Shown here: piece after piece, positions 10,313 to 21,049 of the stretch
Position numbering within the stretch: position 1 is the first letter of the stretch
Layout: every line of letters begins with the position of its first letter
IMG/VR virus record: IMGVR_UViG_3300027777_000004
Coordinates: 1 to 58,499 of that record
Direction: 5' to 3' (one strand)
Length of the DNA: 58,499 bases
Source of the DNA: a virus
Taxonomy: Duplodnaviria > Caudoviricetes
Notes under the pieces: model-generated
What the model was told of the DNA's origin: nothing
Databases searched by the model: none
Seen by the model: the letters and a program-made list of their open reading frames with translations, nothing else
Program-made: the position numbers and the translations under genes

Positions 10313-13212
10313 TGCCTAAGAGTAATGCGGGCCATCGGAATGGAAGTCCCGATGCTGCGGATACGCTGACGCCTACTCGCATGGTCGAGCTGGGTGGCAG
10401 CATCCCAATGTCACAGGTCCAAGAACTGCGCAAGATTCCATCTGCGCTGCCGTCCCTGTTCCCGCCGTCCAGAGTGCAGAATTACTTCCTCGACATTGCG
10501 GGCCCCACATCGCTGCGTCTTACGTGGACTGCTCCTGCCAGTAACGGCGGCTCGTCTGTTTTGGGCTACAAGATTCGTGTCATAAATCAGTCCACAAGTG
10601 CGACTGTGTATGAGTCGGCTACCTATGACACATCGCCGTTCACGGCCACTGGACTGACGGCGGGCGTGAGCTACCAAGTGCGGATCGCTGCCGCCAACGT
10701 CATCGGCCAAGGCGAGCAAGACTATAGCGATTCCATTCCCGGCGCAGTCAGCCCCGGTGCCCCAACAGCCCTGTCTGGCACTGCCGGTGACGGGACGGCG
10801 TCGCTTACATGGTCTGCCCCTGCCAGCGATGGTGGCGCATCCATAACCGGATACGTAGTGGAATACACCCCGGCGGGCGGCTCCGCCCAGACCTCGGGCA
10901 CCGGCTCGGCAAGCACTTCGTTCCAACTGAACTCTGGCAACTCGACTATCACGAACGCCGTTGCTCAATCTATTAGGGTTGCCGCTGTGAATGCTGCGGG
11001 CCAAGGCCCATACGGCAGTGCCGTCAGTGTTACACCCCGTACCGTTCCCGGTGCCCCAACCGCTTTGGCGGCTACATCAAACGCAGACTCCTCTGTTCCG
11101 CTCTCATGGTCTGCCCCGGCAAGCAATGGCGGTGCATCCATCACTGGCTATGTCGTCGAGTGGACTCCAGCCGGTGGGTCTGCATCGACTGTCAGCACTG
11201 GCTCTGCCAGCACTAGCTATACCAAGACCGGACTGACCAATGGCACTGCCTATGGCTTCCGGGTCGCAGCGGTCAATCCTGCGGGCCAAGGCCCGTACAG
11301 CGGGTCAGTCAGTGCCACGCCGCAGACTGTAGGCGACCCGTACTACCAGAAGGTGGCTCTACTGTTGCACTTTGACGGCATAAATACCGCAAATGGCGAA
11401 TCTGGTCTTACCGATAGTTCGCCATTCCAGAGGTTCGCCTATTTTGCGGGAGGAACGCTGACCACAGATGCCGCAGACCAAAGCCCTGCTGGCGGCACTG
11501 CATGCCTGCACTTAAGCACCACCTCCGACTATAGCGGCAATCCTCCGTTTCCGCTCGGTGCCCGCGACCTTGGCCTAAATGCTGGCACTGGCGACTTCAC
11601 TTTCGAGTGGTGGGGAAACCACATCGGAACGGCTGACACGAATCAGACGATGCCGACCGGGGCTGTGTGGTCTACGGAGAGCGACGAAGCGGGGCGACCG
11701 GTAATCTACATCGACAGGCTCCAGAAAACACAAAACGGCCAGTGGGCTGTGGTGCTGACATGCTGGCGGCGGCAGACCGACTACCCGTATCACGAAAATT
11801 ACCGCTGGGCTGTAGACATCACAGCCCAAGTGGGTCAGTGGACGCATTACGCGGTTAGTCGCACTGGTGGCGTAACTCGCGTTTTCATCAATGGTGCGTT
11901 AGCAACCCTTGGCACCACTAGCATGTCGCCCGACTCTCCCGCGCGCGCCTTCGACACGACGGCTACCTCTGTAGCCGATCCATGCGTGTGGAATTTTCCA
12001 TCTGGAGCTTCTCAGTATCACAACATAGGCATGTCCCTGTTTGGATACCGCTGGGCGAAGGTTGGCGGGTTCGCAGACGAGGTCAGGTACACTGTCGGCG
12101 TGGGTCGCTATAGCGCATCCTTCTCGGCCCCTACTGTTGCGTTCCCCGACACCGGACCAAACCTCGCCCCCGACGCACCCACCAATTTGGTCGGAACGGG
12201 TGGCAACGCGCAGATTGCCCTCACTTGGACGGCTCCTGCGCGCACCGGCGGCGCGGCGATCACTGACTATGTCGTTCAGTATTCCAGTAACGCGGGCTCA
12301 AGCTGGACGACGTTCGCGGATGGCACCAGCACCGCCGCGTCCGCGACTATTACGGGACTGACCAACCTCACGGGATACCTCGTCCGCGTTGCCGCAGTCA
12401 ATAGTGTGGGCACTGGCGACTATGTAACATCGGGCACCGTCACGCCAAGCGAACCCATCAACATCACGCAACAGCCACTCAACACCTACACTGGCACTAA
12501 CAGTGCTACGGGAACCCTCTCCGTAACGGCTACTGGTGGCGGCGGCTCACTGACCTACCAGTGGCAGTGGTACGGACCTGACTACCCGAACAGTGACTAC
12601 ACAAATCAGTGGCGAAACCTGCCAGATAAGACCTCATCATCGGTAGTCCTGAGTTCCGACTACATCACAGGCACCATCGGATACTGGGACTTCGATTACT
12701 CTCCTAGCGTCCAGATTCGCTGTGCCGTTGCGGTATCCGGCGGCAGTCCGACCTATACGCAGGCAGTGCGATTCCTGTGCCTGCAAAACGCCCACCAGCC
12801 ATATCCCAATTGGTACAACGGGAGCAATGGCGGCGGGGCAAACTACGGCCAGCCGCAGACGATGTCTCCCGGCTCTACGGAGTCTGTCAAGGTGGACATC
12901 AACGACTACTCTTACGGCGGAATCGACATGAGTTGGTTCTCGGGAAACGATGTCACCGTCAAGGTGCAGGTGGCAACCAGCGGATATACCGACGCGGCCA
13001 ACTGGTCAGACCTGTCCAGCACTGGCTATCGCGGATCGTTCTATGTGGGCGGATACGAGATTTTCCCCAGCACGGGCACTAAGTATTACCGCGCCATAGC
13101 CGTAGTTAAGTGGCCGTTTACGGCTACGAACGGCACCTCGTCATTCACGCCGGGGTCGCTGCACATTTACTCCCACAGCAACTACGATGCGTTGCAAGTC
13201 ACTTGGCCATAA
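10312..13212 (+). CDS. Tail fibre/adhesin with four fibronectin type III domains, a LamG/concanavalin-A-like domain and an Ig-like domain
   Basis: Repeated LTWxAPASxGGxxITGYxVEY...RVAAVNxxGxG; DFTFEWW...WTHYAVSR...VFING...GFADEVRY; ITQQP...LTYQWQ. Confidence 0.85.
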   Translation: MPKSNAGHRNGSPDAADTLTPTRMVELGGSIPMSQVQELRKIPSALPSLFPPSRVQNYFLDIAGPTSLRLTWTAPASNGGSSVLGYKIRVINQSTSATVYESATYDTSPFTATGLTAGVSYQVRIAAANVIGQGEQDYSDSIPGAVSPGAPTALSGTAGDGTASLTWSAPASDGGASITGYVVEYTPAGGSAQTSGTGSASTSFQLNSGNSTITNAVAQSIRVAAVNAAGQGPYGSAVSVTPRTVPGAPTALAATSNADSSVPLSWSAPASNGGASITGYVVEWTPAGGSASTVSTGSASTSYTKTGLTNGTAYGFRVAAVNPAGQGPYSGSVSATPQTVGDPYYQKVALLLHFDGINTANGESGLTDSSPFQRFAYFAGGTLTTDAADQSPAGGTACLHLSTTSDYSGNPPFPLGARDLGLNAGTGDFTFEWWGNHIGTADTNQTMPTGAVWSTESDEAGRPVIYIDRLQKTQNGQWAVVLTCWRRQTDYPYHENYRWAVDITAQVGQWTHYAVSRTGGVTRVFINGALATLGTTSMSPDSPARAFDTTATSVADPCVWNFPSGASQYHNIGMSLFGYRWAKVGGFADEVRYTVGVGRYSASFSAPTVAFPDTGPNLAPDAPTNLVGTGGNAQIALTWTAPARTGGAAITDYVVQYSSNAGSSWTTFADGTSTAASATITGLTNLTGYLVRVAAVNSVGTGDYVTSGTVTPSEPINITQQPLNTYTGTNSATGTLSVTATGGGGSLTYQWQWYGPDYPNSDYTNQWRNLPDKTSSSVVLSSDYITGTIGYWDFDYSPSVQIRCAVAVSGGSPTYTQAVRFLCLQNAHQPYPNWYNGSNGGGANYGQPQTMSPGSTESVKVDINDYSYGGIDMSWFSGNDVTVKVQVATSGYTDAANWSDLSSTGYRGSFYVGGYEIFPSTGTKYYRAIAVVKWPFTATNGTSSFTPGSLHIYSHSNYDALQVTWP

Positions 13213-13225
13213 TTAAGGAATACTC

Positions 13226-13489
13226 ATGGAACTAGCTACGCCCGTGACGCTGACCGTAGGTGCCGCACAAATGACACTTGAGCATCTTGATCCCGTCTGG
13301 ATTGACGACACCGCTCGCCGGATTGTGTTCGCCCGACTGCATCCTGCCCTGCGGCTTATGGTTATTTATCGCGGAACTGGGTATGACGCGATTGGAGATT
13401 GGACGCAGGCCGGTGCAGAGGGAGCTGTAACTGCGCAGCTTGGCGGCGATCCGCAGTCTGTGCTGCAATCATTGGTTTATCAAGCGTAA
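13226..13489 (+). CDS. Hypothetical protein (possible fibre assembly chaperone)
   Basis: AAGGA RBS; lies between two fibre genes. Confidence 0.55.
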   Translation: MELATPVTLTVGAAQMTLEHLDPVWIDDTARRIVFARLHPALRLMVIYRGTGYDAIGDWTQAGAEGAVTAQLGGDPQSVLQSLVYQA

Positions 13490-13519
13490 AGACACACGTA
13501 CTGAGAGCAAGAGGACGCC

Positions 13520-14554
13520 ATGCCCGACGTAAAGATTAGTGGACTGCCCGCAGGAACAGTGACGGGGGCCAGCACTGTAGCCGCCGTGATTAGCGGCGTA
13601 ACATCTAGAACAACAGTGGTGGCGTCTACGCAGGCCGCACTGAGCGGGCTTGGGGTGTATACGGGGACAGACACCGTAAGCATCGGCACGGCCACTATCG
13701 CGACGGGGCCTCGGCTGCGGGTCTATGGGGCTATCACCGGGGCGGTCGGCTCGAACGCTGTCGTCTGTGACTCCTACGTTGCCGCTGATGTGACCAGCTC
13801 GGCGCGCAGTTTCCTCGCGTACCCCTCCACGACGGCAGCGGCTTTTACCCTCGCGCAGCTTGTCAGCTTCTATTCTGGATTTAATAGCAAGGGGGCGGGG
13901 TCCACCATCACCTCGCACATTGGGTTTCTGGCCGAGTCCAGCATGACGCAGGCCACAAACAATTACGGCTTCGTTGGCAATATCGCCGCCGCCACGGGGT
14001 GCTGGAATCTTTACTGCGGCGGCACGGCCCAAAACTACTTCGGTGGCAGAGTCGGTATCGGAACTACAGCCCCAGCATCATCGCTGGAGGTGATGCCAGC
14101 GATTTTGACGACCGGGAATTCGCAGGGAATAAACGCCTTCATGTCCAACACGGGCAACGCAGTCACCTATGCCGTGATGGCCCAATCGGTTGGAACGGCT
14201 TCCTCGGGTTACAATACTGGTTTTTATGCCAATGCCTATGGTGCCGCATATAACTACGCAGTGCGGATCGTCAACCCATCGTCCGCAAGCGCAAGCAATT
14301 GGGCCATCTATTCTGACGCGACCGCGCAGTCCTACTTCGCTGGCAATATCGGGATCGGTACATCAACCCCCACCAACCAGTTGGATGTGAGTGGCAGTTC
14401 TATACGCATTCGTACAGCCAGTTCCCCGACTTCCGCTGCAACGGCGGGCAACATTGGTGAGATTCGCTGGGACTCTGGATTTCTGTATATCTGCACGGCC
14501 ACCGGGGTTGCGGGGTCTGCGACTTGGAAGAAGGTTGCGCTCTCCGCAGCCTAG
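13520..14554 (+). CDS. Tail fibre protein
   Basis: MPDVKISGLP N-terminus; GRVGIGTTAP and GNIGIGTSTP repeats; GEIRWDSGFLYICTA...WKKVAL C-terminus. Confidence 0.8.
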   Translation: MPDVKISGLPAGTVTGASTVAAVISGVTSRTTVVASTQAALSGLGVYTGTDTVSIGTATIATGPRLRVYGAITGAVGSNAVVCDSYVAADVTSSARSFLAYPSTTAAAFTLAQLVSFYSGFNSKGAGSTITSHIGFLAESSMTQATNNYGFVGNIAAATGCWNLYCGGTAQNYFGGRVGIGTTAPASSLEVMPAILTTGNSQGINAFMSNTGNAVTYAVMAQSVGTASSGYNTGFYANAYGAAYNYAVRIVNPSSASASNWAIYSDATAQSYFAGNIGIGTSTPTNQLDVSGSSIRIRTASSPTSAATAGNIGEIRWDSGFLYICTATGVAGSATWKKVALSAA

Positions 14555-14609
14555 TGCCGCTGGTCGGCACCCAGCGACCATATCTCTATAGCCACACTAG
14601 GAGTCTGCA

Positions 14610-15851
14610 ATGGGCCCGATCCGCGATCTAATCAGCCGCATCCGAGAACGCCGCATGGAGCGGATGGGAAGCCGCCAAGGGCTGTTTCCCCGGCTGCGCA
14701 ACCTCATCAATCCACTGGATTCGCAGTCCATGATGGATCGGGCGCAGGGCACCAAGGTCGGCACAGCGTCCCCTGCCCCCCTGTCCTACAACAAGCGGCT
14801 ATTCCCCAGCCTTGCCGGTGGCACCGCTACTGCCGCACCCAAAGTAGCAGGAAAGCCCGCCCCGTCGAATCCGGCGCAGGAAGACTTGGCCTCCCTCACG
14901 CCGCCCGGGATCGATGACCTCCACTCGCAGTATGCGGATGCTCAGAAAAGAGAAGCTATTGCGCGGGCGCGGGCCGATGTCCCCGGGCAACCTCCCGAGC
15001 GTCGCGCTGAGTTTATTGCTGAAGCGCAGTCGCACGCGCGGCGGGCGCAACAAATCAGCGGCCAATTCGGTACGCTCGACCTATTGCGGCAGGAGAGAGC
15101 AGACAAGAAGAAGCCCGCGCTCACCAGCCAGTTCGAGTCTCAGCAGGATGTAGAGCGGCGGATGTTCTCCGGTGAAACGACGCCCGCAGAGGGGGCGATG
15201 GTTATTTTTACGGGCTTGCAAGCAGGCCGCCAAACACCACTTACTGGGCAGGCAGCGGACGCGGAGCGGCTTGAGATTCAGCGTAGGCTGACCATGCCGT
15301 ATTTGGCTGGGCAAATGAGCAATGGCCAAGTGCCGACTCCCGGCACTCCCTTGGGTGCGCAGTTAGAAGTGGCACTGTCTGGCCTGCCCGCCGAGCAACG
15401 ACAGCCGTACGTGACCGCGTCACTGGGCCCAGAACTCACCAAGAGTTTCATCAGCCGCGTTCAAGCCTCCCATGCCGCATCCCAGAATCCTCGCCCTTTG
15501 GACATGGCGGCGGTGATGCAAGCTGCGTCATCCCATTCCCAAGCCGAGCTTGCGAAGATCAGCCCATCGTTCTACGACGATGCTCAGAGCGGTAACATGA
15601 TAAAGTTCTTTGGGGACGCTGCCAAAGGAGCGGGTCAATTCCTACCAGATGGTGGGGATATAGGCCGAGGTGCTACCAGCCTAGTCAACCAAATCTTTGA
15701 CCGTCCCGCTGCCAGTGGTGCATCCCCAGTTGGCGCAGCACCCGCTACTCCTATGGCCCCGCCGGTAGCTGCCCCTGCACCCCCGAGTGATGTGTTTACA
15801 GAAGGGCCGTTCAAGGGCCGGAAGCGTCCCAAGCCCATCACAGTAAAGTAG
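14610..15851 (+). CDS. Hypothetical protein, putative internal virion protein
   Basis: AGGAG RBS; 413 aa, A/P/Q-rich. Confidence 0.6.
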   Translation: MGPIRDLISRIRERRMERMGSRQGLFPRLRNLINPLDSQSMMDRAQGTKVGTASPAPLSYNKRLFPSLAGGTATAAPKVAGKPAPSNPAQEDLASLTPPGIDDLHSQYADAQKREAIARARADVPGQPPERRAEFIAEAQSHARRAQQISGQFGTLDLLRQERADKKKPALTSQFESQQDVERRMFSGETTPAEGAMVIFTGLQAGRQTPLTGQAADAERLEIQRRLTMPYLAGQMSNGQVPTPGTPLGAQLEVALSGLPAEQRQPYVTASLGPELTKSFISRVQASHAASQNPRPLDMAAVMQAASSHSQAELAKISPSFYDDAQSGNMIKFFGDAAKGAGQFLPDGGDIGRGATSLVNQIFDRPAASGASPVGAAPATPMAPPVAAPAPPSDVFTEGPFKGRKRPKPITVK

Positions 15852-15856
15852 TACCT

Positions 15857-16090
15857 ATGTATCAACGTCAGGGGCTCCTACCGTTTCTCATGGCCCACAT
15901 TCGGGCGCGGCAGAAGGCTGCGCGCGGCCCAGAGCAATCGGCCACCAATGAGTACCAGAGGCAGCAGAAGGCCGCTCATAGGATGATCATGCAGGCTTAC
16001 GGGTCTGCGTCTGACGATACGGAAGCGGACATCCCAGACTACGGACAAACCCTCGCCAAGGCCCTCATGTCCATGCAAAGGGGGGACTGA
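15857..16090 (+). CDS. Hypothetical protein
   Basis: Operon fit, TGATG coupling. Confidence 0.5.
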   Translation: MYQRQGLLPFLMAHIRARQKAARGPEQSATNEYQRQQKAAHRMIMQAYGSASDDTEADIPDYGQTLAKALMSMQRGD

Positions 16091-16458
16091 TGCTCGAAGG
16101 ACTGTCTGGTGGAACCACCCGTCGCGGCAAGCCTGCCCCCGCTGCCAATCTCCTAGGTGGACTGCGGGCCGACAACGCCTTTGTGCCGATGGTCAACGGG
16201 GTAACTCAGTCGGTGCCAGACTACCCGCCGCAGCAGCAGATCGACCCCGAGGACATGGGTGACTACGGCGGCAAGATGCGAGTGAGCGACACGGGCATCC
16301 TAGGGTTTGGGGCAGAGCCAGTGCCCGCCCCTCCGGCCGATTCAGCCGACGAAAGCCCGATGCTCTTCACCACGCAGCCAGAAGCCCCTGTGCAGGTGCG
16401 TCAGTCGCTACCCGAGCTACTGATCGAAGCCTACCGCCGCAAGTATCCCATGAGGTAA
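16090..16458 (+). CDS. Hypothetical protein
   Basis: Operon fit. Confidence 0.5.
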   Translation: MLEGLSGGTTRRGKPAPAANLLGGLRADNAFVPMVNGVTQSVPDYPPQQQIDPEDMGDYGGKMRVSDTGILGFGAEPVPAPPADSADESPMLFTTQPEAPVQVRQSLPELLIEAYRRKYPMR

Positions 16459-16462
16459 TGCC

Positions 16463-19400
16463 GTGGCACTACCGGGAGACATCTACGGCGACCCTTATGC
16501 TCCGCGTCCCCGCCGCAGCAGGACGCCCAAGGAGTATTTGCCGCAAGAGGAGCAGGAGTCGCTGCTCGCGCAACTCGCACGGCAGTCAGGCAGCTTTGTT
16601 GAGAGCCTCGGGCTTGCACTGGACACCCCGGGTGCTATCGCCAGAGGTATTCTGGCAGGAGAGCCCCTCTCTGGGCTCAACTGGGACTCCGATAAGCGCG
16701 TGTCGGGCGAGGAGCTACTCTCGGCCTACGGGATCGACGGCTACTCTGGCAACAAGTCGCTCGACAGCTACCTGTCTGTGCCTATTGGCTTGGCTACAGA
16801 AATAGTGACCGACCCTTTATTCGCCATTGGGGGGCCGCTCAAGGCGTACACGAAGGCGGGCAAGATCGCGGATCGCGCGGGGCTTATCAATCTAGCCTCG
16901 CAAGCAGCACAGAATAAGCTGGGCACTCTGGCCGCTCGAAACACTCGCACGGGCCAAGGCACAGTAGAGGCGTTCAAGAAGGCGGGCCTCAAGGAAACGG
17001 CAGGCAATCTAGCGGCTCGTCCCTACATTGGCCCTCGACTCGCCCAGAACACTGCCACCCTGAGCGATGTGATCGCAGCGGCACCGGACACCGCCAAGGC
17101 CCGAGCTGACGTTGAAGCCGCCATCAAGGCCCTAGGTGGGACATTCAATGACGTTGCCAATCAGAAGTTAGGCGGGGCGTTTGGGTTTGGCCTGTTCGAC
17201 CAAACCGCCGTGCAAGTGCCGGGGGCCGAGGGCTTTCTGGATATGCTCGACTCTACTGGCAATGCCATCCAGTGGTCAGCACCCGCCCGCTATCTGAGTG
17301 CGGCTTTTGATAAGCGTATTGGCACGAACAATCTGGACATGGCATCGCAGGTTGGAGCCATTCGCCGCAGTGCCCTCGAAGAGAATCGGATTAGTGGTAG
17401 ACGGGGGCTGGCCAGCAAGCACCTCCAGATCATCAACGATGTGAAGCTCTCCCCGCAGGCCAAGCAACTGCTTGGTGCCGACTCACTGAGTAGCAGAGAG
17501 GGCAACGACTTTCTGACAAGACTGTCTGAAACCAAAAGCACGGCCAACGACAAGCTCATCCTGCGGGCCGCACCCGAGCTTCTCAAGTACCGCCGATCAT
17601 GGGGCCAACTGCGCCGCTTGATTGGCGAGGAGCGCAAGGCTTTTGGTATCGCTGGCAACATAATGAAGAAGGACAAGTTCGGAGGACGGTATTCTCCGCG
17701 CTATGGCGATGAGTTTGACCTAGGCCCCCAAACCCGCAGCGGTGGGGGCAAGGCCGAGTTCTCTACCACCACGCCCGAGGCTATGGGTCGCCGGTCGGAA
17801 TACATGACTCCCGGCGGTACGGTTGACATGCGAGAACTGTCGGAACTGCCCGACATTCGCAAGCATGCAATGCTGGGGACAGCCTCGACGCTGAGTGAAG
17901 ACAATGTTGCCGACATGGTAAAGGATTACTTCACTAGCAAGTACGGTAGTCAGATGGTGTCTGACAATGATGCTAGTCAGATTGCCCGTCTCATGGGGCG
18001 TATGAACAAAGACCTGCCGGGGAACGTCCCGGCGTTTGCTGCCCATCCGGCGAATGCACAGGCCCGGGCGATCATTAACTCTGCTAAGAGCCGCGCCAAT
18101 GCGGAGTTTATCTATCAGAGCTTGGGCGAAGCCGCCGAGCAGGTGGATGCTGGCAGCATCGCGGGGGCAGGCTACCGCAAGGCCGACAATGCTTTGAACA
18201 TGGTGGCCAAGGCTACGGGGCTCAAAACGCACAAAGGCAAGGCCCAGCCCCGGGTAAAACAGCTACTACAAGAGAGCATCGCCAAACAATACAACATCGC
18301 TGACCCCGCCACTATCGATCTGGCCAAGTACGCCATATCGGAAGACACTGTTAACCGACTCATCAAGGTACAAGGGTTCTACGAATCGCCCGAAGTGCAG
18401 AAGCAGGTGCTATCGCTCTTTGATAAATACACGCGCGTATTTAAGGGCTTTGTCCTCGCCTTTCCGAGTCGCTTCGTTCGTGATAGTTACAGTAATCTCT
18501 ATAGTAACTGGGTAGTAGTTGGCGATGCCAACCTAGTCATCAACAGCACCGCAGAGGCTTCCAACATCCTCGCGGGCAAGATTGACAAGGTGTTACCATC
18601 ACTGGCGTCGATCCCCCGTTACAGCGGAAAGTCTCTGGACGAGGTCAAGCAACTATTCCTTCAAGAGTCGGGCGGCTCCGGTGTGTTGTCTGGGCTTTCC
18701 ACTAGCGACTTACTGAAGAGCGCAGTCGAGGGCGAATACTCGCAGCTTGTCCCCGGGTCGCGGCCTGTGTCCATCTCGGCGGGCCTCAAGACGTTAATAC
18801 CAGACGGCAGTCGCAGTCTGGGCCAGCAAGTGGGTGACTTCGCCAACATCCAAGGCGTGACTAATAACTACACCACACGCAACGCCCTGCTACAGAGTAG
18901 TAACCAGATCGGTGATGCCATCGATAGTATGCACCGACTAGGTGGGTACATCGCATTGCTAAAGAAGGGCTACTCACCGGAGCAAGCGGCCAAGGAAATC
19001 AAGCGGGCTTTGGTGGATTACGGCAGTCTTACAAGTGTGGAACAAAACCTGTTCAAGGCCCTGTTTCCTTGGTGGAGTTTTACTAGTAGAACGGGCAAGT
19101 TCGTAGCAGAAGAGTTGGCGACGAAGCCGGGAGGTCGCTTTGCCCAAACGCTCAGGGGGCTCAATGTCACACAGCGGAGTGACGACGACCAGTATGTGCC
19201 TGCGGCACTACGCAGCCAGTTTGCCCTGCGTGTCCCCGATGAGTTCCGGCCCTACATGGGCCTGCCGAAGAGTGATGCTACTACCTTCTTAACCGACGTA
19301 GACATCCCCGGTGTGGACATCTTGAATCTAATACGTACCACGGGCGGTACACCTAGTCTGCTTGGCACTGTGCAGAGTGTGTTCGGTCAGGCCAATCCAC

Positions 19401-19885
19401 TGATCCGCTCTGCCGCCGAGCTAGCCAGCAACACCGATTTTTTCACTGGGCGTCCGCTGGGGCAGTCAGTAACGCGGGCCGACCGCATCTACCAAGGACT
19501 GACGGGCCGTACCGATACACTCAATCCACTACTCAAGGCGACGATCAACAACCTGCCCCTGCCCCTGCGGGCGGTCAACACTATCGGCGGGCTCATGGAT
19601 ACGCGAGTCCCGCTGCAACAGCGATTGGTGCGTGAGGGGGTGAATGCGTTTGCGGGCGTGAAGTTGCGCGACGTTGACCCCGAGTGGCAGCTCCAAGATG
19701 CAAAGAGGCAGGTGGACGCCAACCTTGGCGAGTTCACGCGCAACAGTGTGCAGAGCTTCATCCCCGAGTCGCTATTGCCATACATATCGCCAGAGCAACT
19801 GGCCCAATTCAATCTGGGCAAGGAATTGGACAGGGACATCAAGGGCATCAAGGCCCAGAAGAAGGCGCAAGGAGCAGGGCTATGA
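16463..19885 (+). CDS. Large internal virion / DNA-ejection protein
   Basis: 1140-aa helical protein; C-terminal features typical of podophage ejection proteins (ALVDYG...LFPWWSF, DFFTGRPL); GAGG RBS before GTG. Confidence 0.7.
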   Translation: MALPGDIYGDPYAPRPRRSRTPKEYLPQEEQESLLAQLARQSGSFVESLGLALDTPGAIARGILAGEPLSGLNWDSDKRVSGEELLSAYGIDGYSGNKSLDSYLSVPIGLATEIVTDPLFAIGGPLKAYTKAGKIADRAGLINLASQAAQNKLGTLAARNTRTGQGTVEAFKKAGLKETAGNLAARPYIGPRLAQNTATLSDVIAAAPDTAKARADVEAAIKALGGTFNDVANQKLGGAFGFGLFDQTAVQVPGAEGFLDMLDSTGNAIQWSAPARYLSAAFDKRIGTNNLDMASQVGAIRRSALEENRISGRRGLASKHLQIINDVKLSPQAKQLLGADSLSSREGNDFLTRLSETKSTANDKLILRAAPELLKYRRSWGQLRRLIGEERKAFGIAGNIMKKDKFGGRYSPRYGDEFDLGPQTRSGGGKAEFSTTTPEAMGRRSEYMTPGGTVDMRELSELPDIRKHAMLGTASTLSEDNVADMVKDYFTSKYGSQMVSDNDASQIARLMGRMNKDLPGNVPAFAAHPANAQARAIINSAKSRANAEFIYQSLGEAAEQVDAGSIAGAGYRKADNALNMVAKATGLKTHKGKAQPRVKQLLQESIAKQYNIADPATIDLAKYAISEDTVNRLIKVQGFYESPEVQKQVLSLFDKYTRVFKGFVLAFPSRFVRDSYSNLYSNWVVVGDANLVINSTAEASNILAGKIDKVLPSLASIPRYSGKSLDEVKQLFLQESGGSGVLSGLSTSDLLKSAVEGEYSQLVPGSRPVSISAGLKTLIPDGSRSLGQQVGDFANIQGVTNNYTTRNALLQSSNQIGDAIDSMHRLGGYIALLKKGYSPEQAAKEIKRALVDYGSLTSVEQNLFKALFPWWSFTSRTGKFVAEELATKPGGRFAQTLRGLNVTQRSDDDQYVPAALRSQFALRVPDEFRPYMGLPKSDATTFLTDVDIPGVDILNLIRTTGGTPSLLGTVQSVFGQANPLIRSAAELASNTDFFTGRPLGQSVTRADRIYQGLTGRTDTLNPLLKATINNLPLPLRAVNTIGGLMDTRVPLQQRLVREGVNAFAGVKLRDVDPEWQLQDAKRQVDANLGEFTRNSVQSFIPESLLPYISPEQLAQFNLGKELDRDIKGIKAQKKAQGAGL

Positions 19886-20046
19886 GCGACATCATCCGAA
19901 AGAGCAAGGGTCTGTACGCCAACATCCACGCCAAGCAAGAGCGTATCGCTAACGGTAGCGGGGAAAAGATGCGGAAACCGGGGGCTGAAGGCGCACCGAC
20001 AGCCGCCCAGTTCCGCGAGTCAGCTAAGACTGCCAAGAAACGCTAG
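19882..20046 (+). CDS. Small basic conserved phage protein
   Basis: GLYANIHAKQERIANGSGEKMRKPG..GAPT motif, recalled from aquatic phages; ATGA coupling. Confidence 0.7.
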   Translation: MSDIIRKSKGLYANIHAKQERIANGSGEKMRKPGAEGAPTAAQFRESAKTAKKR

Positions 20047-20886
20047 TCATTTGGCCCTGCGAATAGAGGGTGGCCCCTCTGGCATGTCCAACAAAGTTTG
20101 GTCGAGGTAGTGCTTCCAGACCAGCTTGGGATCGGAGTGCGAGAGGTAGTCGCTGGCTTGCCCCGGCGACTTGCGTTGCACATAGGTTGCACAGCTACGC
20201 CGCAGAAACTTCGACGAGCCGCTGAATTTATGCTCTGCCAGAAATCGCTGCCACATGACGAAGGCCCGCCGTCGCGGCACTGCCCATTTGAATAGCGTCC
20301 CATCCGGTGAGTGCTTGAATAGCAGCCCCACCTCTTCGCCCGTCTCCTCTGACACGGGGCGAATGGTCGTCTTGCCCGTCTTTTGCGCCGTGACTGCCAC
20401 GCAATTATTTCTAAAGTTCTTGATGGTTAGGGCGTGAACGTCCGCAAACCTCAACCCAGTATCGAAGGCCAAGCCGATCCACGCCGGGATGACCATCCTC
20501 CGGGTGACATGAGGCACCCGGAGGCTCACGGGTGTCTCGTCCCGTGCAGCCACCGCAATCATCCGCTCCAGCGTCGTCATGCTCCATGCCTCCACAGGGC
20601 GGGCCCTCACCTTGATCCGGTGTAGCCGCAGAGGGGGGCTCTCAGACCACTCGCGGTCAAAAGCCCACTTCCACAACGTCAGAATTTCTCTTCTGATGTT
20701 GTGTTTTGTGGCGGGAGTTAGCTGCATTTCTGCCAGGGCAGTGTTGACCGTCGTCGCGGACAGTTGACGAACTAGATGCAAACCGTATGCTGCGAACTTG
20801 CGGGCGGTTCTGCATAGATTTGCCCTATAGCCGCCGCTTGCTGCGTTCTCCGCAGAATAAGCGACCGCCAGCTCAGTGAGCGTCAT
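20047..20886 (-). CDS. int: Tyrosine recombinase / integrase
   Basis: DTGLRFAD (Arg I), QKTGK (Lys), KFLRR (HxLR box variant), LSHSD...KHY (His, catalytic Tyr); adjacent tRNA fragment; start ATG 20886 inferred. Confidence 0.88.
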   Translation of the reverse strand: MTLTELAVAYSAENAASGGYRANLCRTARKFAAYGLHLVRQLSATTVNTALAEMQLTPATKHNIRREILTLWKWAFDREWSESPPLRLHRIKVRARPVEAWSMTTLERMIAVAARDETPVSLRVPHVTRRMVIPAWIGLAFDTGLRFADVHALTIKNFRNNCVAVTAQKTGKTTIRPVSEETGEEVGLLFKHSPDGTLFKWAVPRRRAFVMWQRFLAEHKFSGSSKFLRRSCATYVQRKSPGQASDYLSHSDPKLVWKHYLDQTLLDMPEGPPSIRRAK

Positions 20887-21049
20887 GGAGGATGATGTGC
20901 CAGTGCCAAGGACGGGAGGAGCGAATTCTGCGCGGACAGAAGAGTGTGTGGACATAGCTTCGTCTTTCGAGGGGACTGACCCCTGCCAAAAAACCTTAGA
21001 CCCACCAAAGACAGGATGTTCCAGCGGAACACGCCCCCTTGGGGGGACG

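Noticed and set aside
10312-14554. Diversity-generating retroelement or invertible fibre segment
   Set aside because: No reverse transcriptase, no TR/VR pair differing at adenines, and no flanking inverted repeats seen
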